This document shows positions 51,901-61,686 of a stretch of 64,000 bases of DNA, one piece after another. Under the pieces are notes generated by a model. That model saw only the letters and a list, made by a program, of their open reading frames with translations. It was not told the origin of the DNA and did not search any database. Numbering within the stretch: position 1 is the first letter of the stretch; the number at the start of each line of letters is the position of its first letter. This DNA is from Azolla caroliniana (lineage: Eukaryota; Plantae; Polypodiophyta), in contig JBHGNT010000017.1 in the NCBI GenBank assembly GCA_043228905.1, forward strand, positions 11,656,001-11,720,000, read 5' to 3'. A program made the position numbers and the translations under genes.

Positions 51901-54047
51901 GTGCTGATGTCGGGTGTGATGCGGCTGCTTGTTTGCCATACTGGCAATGCTCGCAGAATTGATGGTCAGAGAAGGAGAGTTTGGGGATGTATCTGGCTCT
52001 AGATAGATGCGTAATGCCGGCCTTGCTGAGGTGTCCTAATCTTCGGTGCCATAGTGATGACACAGGAATATCCACCAAAAACAGGTTACCCTCTCTGAGC
52101 GTAACATGTAACGGATACAGTGAGTGTATCTTGGGTCCTCTAGCAAGCAGGAGGTTCCCCCTGTGGAGTGTCCACCCTCCCGAAGAAAAACCGGCACGAA
52201 TGCCGTCTTCATCTAGTTGTCCGACTGAGATCAATGGCCTTGAGAGCTCGGGTACATGTCGGACATTGTGGAGTACAAGTGTAGAGCCACCTGCAAGGTT
52301 GAGCTCTACTGTGCCGATTCCGATGATGTCACAGTGTTGTGAGTTGCCGACTCGAACTGAGTCGGAGTGACGGATCGTATATTGCCGAAATTGGGATCGA
52401 TGAGGAGTCACGTGAAATGACGCGCCCGAATCTAAGAGCCATGTGCTCGACTCTTCAGTCGTGAGTAGGATTTCTGATTCGACTGGATTTTCGATTGATA
52501 GTATATTCGGGTCGTCTGGTAGCACATCAGCTGAGAAGCTGACGTAATTGATCTCCTCATGCCGGCCACTCTTCTTGTTGTTCTTGTTCTTGAGTGCGCG
52601 GCAGTCGGCTTTGATGTGTCCGGGTTTCTTGCAATAGTTGCAGATTCGATTGTCCCGTGACTGGCTCCGTCTTCGCTGATTGTTCGGCGGCCGTGAGGAA
52701 TCTCTTCCTCGTATGTTCGATCGGTCTGTCGAACCTTGTACTACGTAAGCGTCGTCTGTTGAGTCTTTGGCGAAAGACTTTCTCCGAGCTGCTTCGGTCA
52801 GGATTGCGCTCGTGACTTCGGAGTATTTAACAGCCGTGGTTGACGCGTTGCACACGGTTGTGACGAAAGTTTCCCATGATGAGGGAAGGCTGCTCATGAG
52901 TATCATTGCTCTGAGTTCATCCTCGATTGCCGTCCCCTGTGACGAGATTTGGGAGCTTATGCTTTCGTACTCATTGAGGTGTGCTTGAACCGAATCGGAT
53001 TCTTTCATCCGCAAGTTGTAGAGGCGCCGGATCAGAAACATCTTCGTTGCGGCGACCTTCTTTTCGTAAGTGTCCGACAGTGTTTTCCACAGTTCGAATG
53101 CTGTCGTACACGATTGCACCGTAAAGTATACCGATTCCGATAGGTGCATCCGAATCGTGGCGCGGACGATTCTGTCCAGCTTCTGCCACTCAATTGGTTT
53201 GTACCCTTCTGGAGGTTCTTCATTTTCGATGGGATCGATTTGCCCCTTGACTATGAGATAGTCTTGCATTTGCTCCTTCCAGAAGTTGAAGTTCGATCCA
53301 TCGAACTTGCGTAGACTCATTTCTGACGAGCCGGATGTTGATGCCATCAAATTTGGTTTCGGTTGACGGAGCTCGGTTCGGAGTTGACTACGAACCTTGT
53401 TGGAGTGCAGCCGGTTGGCTCACCCGATATCGTTCTAGTCGGATTTGAACCCGAGTCGGTTCGGCTTTGGATATATATGCCGAATACCGATTATTGAAAC
53501 CGATTGTCTGGACCGATTCTGCTTCGGGTGGCTGCAGCGACGAGAGAGACAGATCCAACTGATCCTCTCGAATGTCGATCAGCCGGATGAAGCACGAATT
53601 GGGGTTGTTGTCTTGAGACCGATCTGCACCGAGTGGTTACAACGAGCGGCGAGCAGCGTTTAATGACCTTTTCGGATGCCGTTTAACCGAGTGGAGCACG
53701 ATCGTGTCAATGTTGCACAAGGGGATTTCACCTCGAGCGTTGCGATCACAAGGAACGGAGTACAACCGGCTAGCTTACTCCAAGCGAAGATGATCTAACG
53801 CGAAGAGATGCAAGCCTCGTTTTTGTTCTTCTTCTCTCTTTCTTCGAATGACGCGAATACTGTGCAGGCCATGATGAAGTGAAGAACCGAATGCTGTGCA
53901 GGCGGTGATGACGGCCGACAGCGGATTGAAGAACCGAATACTGTGCAGGCTCTGATACCAGATGTTAGAGACAAAGTCGTCTGTGCGGAAGATCAGATAG
54001 CATTCGATTCCTTCTGAGTACCTGCGTATGACAGTTTCTAGGTCGTT

Positions 54048-54085
<38 letters not shown>

Positions 54086-54250
54086 AAGACTCTTTATTCC
54101 ACAAAGTAATAATACAACAACCAACCTTACAACAAGGTTACAAGGTCACTATATATAGTGACCGACTTAGGGCATCTACCATTTATGCTAATTACACAAA
54201 TGGCCCGAAGGGATAGTGTGAATACGTCCATTATACACTTGTATTCGACA
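48851..54250 (-). mobile_element. Intact young Ty1/copia element H (Tnt1/Tork-like)
   Basis: LTRs 48851-49140 and 53963-54250, TSD gaaag on both sides, iMet PBS 53949-53960, PPT 49141-49148, single uninterrupted ORF. Confidence 0.98.
49334..53350 (-). CDS. Copia gag-pol polyprotein, 1338 aa (gag, CCHC, PR, IN, RT, RNase H)
   Basis: CNYCKKPGHIKADC, WLLDSGAS, LWHRRLGH, HSDVCGP/TDNGGEF/NGIAE, YVDDML, YTDSDFAG, SKHIDVRYHF. Confidence 0.97.
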   Translation of the reverse strand: MMASTSGSSEMSLRKFDGSNFNFWKEQMQDYLIVKGQIDPIENEEPPEGYKPIEWQKLDRIVRATIRMHLSESVYFTVQSCTTAFELWKTLSDTYEKKVAATKMFLIRRLYNLRMKESDSVQAHLNEYESISSQISSQGTAIEDELRAMILMSSLPSSWETFVTTVCNASTTAVKYSEVTSAILTEAARRKSFAKDSTDDAYVVQGSTDRSNIRGRDSSRPPNNQRRRSQSRDNRICNYCKKPGHIKADCRALKNKNNKKSGRHEEINYVSFSADVLPDDPNILSIENPVESEILLTTEESSTWLLDSGASFHVTPHRSQFRQYTIRHSDSVRVGNSQHCDIIGIGTVELNLAGGSTLVLHNVRHVPELSRPLISVGQLDEDGIRAGFSSGGWTLHRGNLLLARGPKIHSLYPLHVTLREGNLFLVDIPVSSLWHRRLGHLSKAGITHLSRARYIPKLSFSDHQFCEHCQYGKQAAASHPTSAPRETRPLDLVHSDVCGPMPHQSLGGASYFVSFIDDSTRKVWAYPIRTKDRVFSIFTDWLAMVENQTDRKLKCFRTDNGGEFKSEEFDKFYRQRGIRREFTAPHSPEQNGIAERMNRTIQEQIVSMLQHSGLSDGFWAEALLTAVHIINMSPSRPLGLQIPQELWIGSKPNYDKLRIFGCEAYALIPKDDRRKLAPRSRKCIFLGYGSDGEMGYRLWDPERRQIVRSSDVVFNESAMNPSVEKPIEVRRVTFSDVPTLQEGPALNTRSASRVAEPYTTDSDNSDSAQPNDSLSDHPTSIPDATSPIIPRRSERLSQPPERYSPGIFFTDAGEPTSYEEASTSVDSATWHLAMESEMHSIRTNKTWDLVELPRNRRALPCKWVYRLKETSDSTTPKYKARLVAKGFRQEYGVDFDEIFSPVVKMTTLRFLLGVVAADNLELIQLDVKTTFLHGDLEEEIYMEQPKGFVATGQEHLVCRLRKSLYGLKQAPRQWYKKFDDFIQSIGFSKSDEDHCLFTNTAQDGSPIFLIIYVDDMLISGRHAGELADLIRQLRLKFAMKDLGPARHILGMKISRHRDKRHLFLSQTDYIRRVLERFNMQSAKSASTPLPMNLRLSQRDCPTSGPEGEDMKSVPYAPAVGSLMYLMVATRPDISHAVGVVSRFMHNPGRSHWNAVKHVFRYLAGTKDHGILFGPNRTSGIVGYTDSDFAGCIDSRKSTTGYCFKFGNGAISWKSKLQECTATSTTEAEYVAASDAAKEALWLGRLAHTFRQVNHDSAPVVYSDSQGAVALSKNPVHHNASKHIDVRYHFVRDCVISGKIGLEKISTTDNVADGMTKCLSADRFRSLRHQMGVTTNQSG

Positions 54251-57200
54251 GAAAGACCACCAACACCACCAGCCCGCGTACCGACACCGGACAACGATAT
54301 GCCATTCCAATATCCCAGATACCGGGATGATCCGGACGCGAAAGCCCACGTCCATGCGTTTCAGCAGACTTGGGAGGCAAACCATTTGTCCCAATGTTTA
54401 AATGCCCCCGAAGAGGAACGCTCAAAAATGGTAGAGTTCGGCATGACCTTGGAGGGACCAGCCGCCAGATGGCACCAAACACAAGATCCCAACACCATCC
54501 CCACGTTTGAAGCATTAAAGACCAAATTCCTGCATTTTTTTCACAAGGAGATGGACCAACGGGAAATGGTAGGCCTATTTTACATTATCCGGTAGGAACC
54601 AACAGAGAACATTCAACAGTTTGTCATCCGGTTCCAGCGGATCCACAGTCAGCGCAGCCGGGCACCACCGGAGGAAGAAACAAAGGCCATATTCTTAGCA
54701 ACACTCCGGGAACCCTTACGAACGGTGTGCACCATCATTGATTTCCGCACCAGCAGCATAGATCAAGTGATCGACCGAGTTCGGGAAATGGAAAAATCAA
54801 GTTCATGGCTAACCATGGGCGCACTTCAGCGTGCACTACCGACAGATGAGGACCTCTGCTTCGGCAAGAAATTCAATGTACGACATGCCTGAATGCCGGA
54901 CATTCGGCGCTGGAATGCACCATGCGTTCCCAATGCTTGCTCTGCCACTCTAGAAGTCACACAATGGAATGGTGCGAGTATAACTTGTTAAATCAAACCA
55001 CGAAGCAACCGGGAGGAAGAAGAAGAACGTTGGCGGCGAGAAGAGCGTTATCGGCCGGCACAAGATGTCCGGTACAACAATCAAAGAGACACTTATGACC
55101 GATATGACAGACAAGATAGATACTAGGACTATATGGACGGTACGAGAGATACAACCGAAATCACTCCCTTGGTTATAACCAACAATGGGACGACTATGGC
55201 AAGTATGACGACCAACCCCATCACGGTTACCGAAACAGAAATAATTTCAACAAGAAATGACATTTCAACAAAAAGGGGGGTCATCCACGGGAACCGGAAA
55301 AGGGCGCTCCAAGCATCCAACCAGACCAAAACCAAGCACTTACCACAGGACCTCAACCGGGTGTGGGCACAAACGCCGAATCCAGCAACACCCGGAAGGC
55401 GTACTGCTATTATTGCCAGCAAGAAGGCCACTATAGTAACCAATGTCCGGCGAAGAGCTACGAGAAGCGACCAGCGGTGAACATGGTAGACGCGGAAGTC
55501 GTGGACTTACAACAAGTCACTACAAGATCAAAAGGCAAAGCCATATAGTGGGAAACTCAAGAAGCCATCCGGAAACAGGCAACCAAATGGGTGAAGAAGG
55601 CAAACGAGCGGAATGTGGTAGAGCTCGAACAACAAAAGGAGAATGTCGAAGAGCTCACCGGCTTAGGGTAGCCCGAAAACCCAACATGGCAGGTGTTACA
55701 AGAATGCCAAATAACGCTGCCGTTCGGCCGGCTATTGCAACTGGTACCACACTTCACAGCAGGACTGAAGACAGGAATGACGACAGCTGACACACCACCG
55801 ACTCCGGCTTTCTTTTCAAATCCGGAGGAAGGACCGACAGTGGTAGACATGAGCAGTCCGGCAATCACAACCATTGTGAAAGGAAAAGACCTACCCGACA
55901 CGATTATCGATGGAGAATCCGGCGTGAACGTGATCAGCCTCCGAATGTGTAACACTCTAGGAATCCATGACTGGGAACCATGCCCGTTTTGGTTTCAGAA
56001 TGGCGAACACAAGCTTAGTACGGCCGACCGGATTAATACGTGATCTAGAAGTGACCATCGGCGGTCACACATTTCGCATTTCGGCGGTAGTTCTCCAGCT
56101 ACAGGCTCAAGGAGCTTACCCACTATTGTTGGGACGCCCTTGGTTAAAAACAACACACATCAAGCAAAACTGGAGGAAGAATATAATTACGTTCCGACGT
56201 GGAAAAGCAAAAGTGCGAGTACCAACTCAACCACGGTCGGGTACCGGCAAGGAATTGACGCCACTATATGCGGAATGTGTCAACATGTTGGAAGGATTGA
56301 TGGACGAAGAGGTTGATCAATACTTACAGGAAAATCCGAAGATCGTACCTCTGTTCGAAATTGATGTAGCCGAACCAGTATCACCGTACATATTGCAACC
56401 GGACGGGACCGACGAGGAACCGGATAAAGAAGCAATCCGGGAGTTACGGCAAGCACAGGAGGCACTCGAAAGAGAAATGGCAGTGTCGCAGCACGGAAAA
56501 GCATCCCAACTAGAAGAGGTAAAGCTAGGTACCACAAAGGACACAAGACCGGTTCACATCGCCAAGGAAATGATCCCCGAGAACAAAACGGCAATGATCA
56601 CACTCCTAAAAGAATTTCGCGATGTGTTCGCCTGGTCCTATGAGGACATGCGGGGACTTGATCCTCAGTTGTATCAACACCAGATACATCTGAGTAAAGA
56701 TGCCAAATCGGTAGCGCAACAACGTTACCAGATGAACCTGAATTACGCAACAAAAGTCAAAGAAGAAATCGACAAGTTGCTACAGGTTGGCTTCATCTGA
56801 CCGGTAAAGAAAGCTACATGGCTTAGTCCGATAGTCGTAGTACCGAAAAAGAACGGTAAGATAAGAGTTTGCGTCGACTATCGGAAATTGAATGCGGCTA
56901 CGGTAACGGACGCCTTCCCACTTCCATTCATGAATGGAGTCCTGGATGCGGTTGCCGGTCATGAGGTGTACAATTTTCTGGACGGTTTCAGCGGCTATAA
57001 TCAGATCCAGATGCACCCCGAAGACCAGGAGAAAACCTCTTTTGTCACCGAATGGGGAGTCTTTGTTGCCGTAATTATGATGTTTGGACTGAAAACGACG
57101 CCGACAACCTTCCAGCGGATCATCATGGAAATTTTCGGAGAATTCATTCTGGCATTCATGTAGGTGTTCCTGGATGACTTCACTATTTATAGCCGGGAAG

Positions 57201-59534
57201 GGGATCACCTTCAGCACCTCCGACTATGTCTGGAGAAATGTAGGGTTTACCGGCTAAGTCTTAACCCGGCAAAATGCGTGTTCGGAGTGTCCAGCGGAGC
57301 GTTACTTGGCCACATCGTCAGCAAGGACGGTATTGCAGTGGATCTGGACAAGGTCAAAACTATTTTGGAGGCACTGGCACTAACCACGGCAAAGGCATTA
57401 AGCCGGTTCTTAGGACAAATTCGGTGGCACAGCCAAATGCTCTGGTATCTCGCAGACCTGGCTACACCATTGCATGTCGTGGTACATCGGACACCATTCC
57501 AATGGACGAACATAGAAGACAAGGCTTACCGGGCACTAAAAGTACTATTTTCACAAGCGCCAATGGTGCAACCTCCGGATTGGTCTAAAGAGTTCCATGT
57601 GTTCGTTGACGCGTCTGACATCGCAATCGAGAGCGCACTTATGCAACTTACAGAACCGAAGTGGTACCGGCCAATGTATTATGCCAGCTAGAAGTTGTCC
57701 CAAGCAGAACGTAATTATTCCACAATGGAAAGGGAGGCCTTGGGCATGATCTACAGTGTCACCAAGTTTAGACATTATTTGTTGGGAAAGAAATTTTCCT
57801 TTCACATAGATCATTCGGTGCTCCTCTATTTGGTGTCCAAAGCATCACTCACCGGTAAGCTGGCCCGATGGACGTTACTATTACAAGAATTTGAGTTCGA
57901 GATATTCCACCGACCTGGCATACAACATGCAGTAGCAGACTATTTGAGCCGGTTAGATTCCGGTGAAACCGGTGACGGCATCCCAGACGAGTTCCCGAAT
58001 GCAGAGCTATTTAGAGTCACAGCAGAAACGGCAACGGATGGTACGATAGCAGAGGAAGACAAGTGGCTCACCAACATGCACCAATTTTTGAGGACCGGCT
58101 TACCTTCGGAGGAGATGAACAAAGACGAGAGGAAACGCTTAGCTGTTCAAAGCCGACACTTCTGTCTATTACAGGACACATTGTACCACAAAGGCGCATA
58201 TGGCATATGGCGGCGTGCAGTGCGCAACGACGAAAAGAACATAATATTGTGTGAAGCACACTGTGGAGTGGCTGGAGGACATTATGCCAGAGATGCTATG
58301 GCAAGGAAAATATGGCAGAGTGGACTATGGTGGCCAACAACATTGAAGGATGCAGTTCGGTATGCTAAAGCATGCGACCTATGTCAGCGAATGGGCCAAC
58401 CAACCGAACAAGCCAGGATGCCTCACCAGCCCGTGCTACCGTTAGAACCATTTCAGAAATGGGGGCTGGATTTTGTTGGTCCATTCAAACCACCAGCAAT
58501 GAGAATGGGCAACCGATATGTGATTGTCGCTACTAATTATTGCACAAAATGGGTGGAAGCCAAAGCACTATGCGACAACACCACGACATCCACGGCAAAA
58601 TTTTTAAATGAATACATTTGGTGCCGGTATGGATGTCCGATAGAGCTAATAAGTGACCAAGGTGGGCACTTCTTAGGGCAAGTAGTGGAAAGTTTGACGA
58701 CATTCTATGCAGTGGTGCACAAACGGAGCACTCCCTATTATCCACAAGCCAACGGATTAGCCGAGTCAACAAATAAAACACTATAGAACATCCTTTGAAA
58801 AATCGTCAATGAGAACCGGACGGATTGGGATACAAAGCTACACAGTGCACTCTGGGCCTATCGAATGGCATATAAAACAAGTATCCGCACAACACCGTTT
58901 CACCTAACATTCAGATTGGAGGCATGATGCCGGTTGAGTCCAAGTACCAAGTTTATGAATACAGATTCGGGAACGCCTAAATGAGAAGGAATCAGAAGCG
59001 ATCCGGTTAGCCGTGCTGTACGAATTGGAAGAACACCAGCTAGCCAACATCATGCACCTAGAACTAGAGCAACGGTGAAGGAAAGCGTTCGTGGATCGTC
59101 ACCGAAAAGGGAACGAAAAGATGTTCAAAATCGGTAAGCCGGTACTAGTATTCCAGACCCAGATGGGTAAGATGCCGGGGAAGCTACGGTTTCAGTGGAC
59201 CAGACCATACTGGATCACGTGTGAGTTCAACAGTTCCTACCAGTTAGGGACACTCGCCAGCGAGGTTCTGGGTAAATGGGTCAATGGGTTCCAACTCAAA
59301 CCATACAATGGACCCATGCCAAGAAACCCATTTGAATGAGTAAAGGCCGACACAGAACCAGACAACGGTAAGTCGGAAGAGACGGCAACACGTTTAACAA
59401 TCGGCAAGCGCGAAGCCGGTAAGAGGGAGCACGAGCCACAATTCGAATAGGGGTCTGGTGGGACCGGATGCGAATTAACCAAACTTGTTTAAAATAAATA
59501 AATTAAAAAATTAAAAAAAATAATAAATTAAAAA

Positions 59535-59698
59535 AATCAAAGTAAATCATGCAAGGGCAAGGTGTGAACGGACACATGCAAGAACGAGGAGTGAACATGC
59601 ACCTTGAAAAGAATCAAATCAAATCAAAGTAAATCATGCAAGGGCAAGGTGTGAACGGACACATGCAAGAAAGAGGAGTGAACAGGCACCTTGAAAAG
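59535..59698. repeat. ~87-bp tandem duplication in the spacer between pol and the extra ORF of A2
   Basis: aatcaaagtaaatcatgcaagggcaaggtgtgaacgg at 59535 and 59622. Confidence 0.88.
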
Positions 59699-59963
59699 GT
59701 ACGTAGTGGGCTATTAATAGGGTATTAAACCACCGCCACATGGCACATCATTCTATTCTAGTACATGACGTGCACACGCGCGGGTAAGAAAAATAGGTGC
59801 CAACATGCAGCAAGAAAACCCCCACCACATGGAGGTCTTCACATTTCGCGAACAGAGGAGCACAAACGCACACAAGCGATTGAAGATCATCAGATGCGAG
59901 CCCACGCACACAGAGCCTCCTCACACACATCCCTCACTAGCGCTCACCGACCTCGAAGAAGCC

Positions 59964-61686
59964 ATGGACTGCCAAGCACTCTTTGAAGCAGCCAAGAAGT
60001 GGCTAAGGCAACACAGGTTAGAAGGTTTCCTCACGATCATGGAGGCGCCACCGCACCGGGAGGCAGAGAAGAGAGTAAAGGAAATCGACATAGAGCTGAT
60101 CACGGAGGAGGCCATCCACGCTTTGGTTGGCCTTCCGGAGGGGGGCATCTTCACTATCGACAACCCTACCCCGGAGCAGCTCCGAAAATATTTTGGCGAA
60201 TAGTCTCTGGCCAGCAAGGCCTACAGGACACAGGGTGGCGAAGATACATTATTTCGAGAGATTGCCCGTGTGCTCCATGAATTTTGACATGTATACCCTC
60301 GATCCCCGTGCATGCCTCAGAACCGAGCCGGCTTAGTCATATCAACGTATGAAGGTGTGAAGGTGGACTGGTGGTATTGATTGCGGACGGCCTCTGTGTA
60401 GCCGTCGACTCTATAAGAGGCAAGGAGGGTTGGAAAATATGGATTGCAGTGGCGCAATGGCTCACCCTATTGGCGCCACCTATCGAGCCCGTCAAGACCA
60501 TGAAGTGGGGGAGAATGACCGAAGGCACCCCCGAAAACGGCTTTGAAACGACTACAGCTGTTGGCCTCTAAGGCACCCAAAGGGAAGGCAGCCGACACGA
60601 AGAAGGCGGCAAAAGAGCGCGCCAATAGGAAGCGGTAGGCGGAAACGCAGGAGGAGAAACCGGCATGGCCAATCAAGATCATATTTCACCGACCGGTTCA
60701 ACAAGAGTTGGACCCCTTGGCAGCAAAAATCAACATCGGGACTCAGGAGGAGGAAGCGGAGGAGGAATTGTTAGAGCACCTCTAGCGGCACCAGAAGGCA
60801 AACACCGCAGAACAGGCCGGGGAGCGTTTAGACGCAAAGAAGGATGGAACACTTCTACCCCGCATGGAGCATCCCGCACCAAGGGTGGAACCGGAATCGA
60901 TTAGGACAGAACCAGTCACAGAGCTCCCTGCACAACAAGCTATACCGGCGGGTCAGGATACGGCAAGACCCGAAATTCAAGCGCGGGTAGTACAGTTGCC
61001 TCCCTAACCGGTAGGTCAAGAGAAATCAGAAGCGGTGCAGCCAACGGAGGCGCAACCGGAAGCAGAACGGCAAACTGGTCACCAACCAGAGATAAAGTTG
61101 CAGCTCGACGCAACCAGACAAGACCGACCACTGGCTAGCGGAACCAACAGGTAACCCTCCGTGTAGACGCAACAACAGGGCACCGGTAGCCAATGGCTTC
61201 GGTGGATTGGAGAACAGATTGCCGGAGTGGTGCACTACATAGAGGCGGAAGACAAAGCGCAGATTGACTGGTTGCTAGTCACAACCGGAGAACTCGAGAC
61301 GGCCCGGTCGAGAATCCGGAGCCTAGAGCAAGACTTGGACCTGGCCATAGAAGAATTGGCCAAAATGGCCTTAACCGGGCCACAGATCCAAGCACCAGTG
61401 ACTTCGGTCGATGTACAGAATAAAGACACACCAGCACCTGTACATAGTAATAAGACCCCGGAGACAGTGGTGGCGAAATTGAAAGAGCTTGCCAAAATTG
61501 AAAGATGTACTGGCCGCACAAGAAGCATTACGCACCCGAGAAAGGGACTTGAAGAAAGCGGTAGAAGAAGAACAAAGAAAGACTGTTGAGAACCTCCGCC
61601 GGGCAGAAGAGAATCTGCGGAAAGGACATCAGGCATATGACCGGCTTAAGAAGGAGAAAGAGAAAGTGCTGCAAGAAAAGGATAAG
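59964..61686 (+). pseudogene. Degenerate extra ORF of family A (globular N-terminal part, low-complexity linker, long coiled coil)
   Basis: Fragments MDCQALF...ITEEAIHALVGLPEGG...GVKVDW, then VHYIEAE...LEQDLD and KKAVEEEQRK. Homologous frames in three copies. Confidence 0.7.

Larger units (their letters stand above)
47851..61686 (+). mobile_element. Ty3/gypsy family A copy A2 (Athila-like): 5' LTR, gag-pol pseudogene, 3' extra ORF. Interrupted by copia H and A3
   Basis: LTR TGTTA...TAACA 47851-48292 with TATATAAA 48034-48041, PBS-like TGGCGACCA at 48300, gag 48348-48850 and 54256 onward, RT FLDGFSGYNQI/FLDD, RNase H VDASD, integrase WGLDF/SDQG/NGLAE, extra ORF from 59964. Confidence 0.94.
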
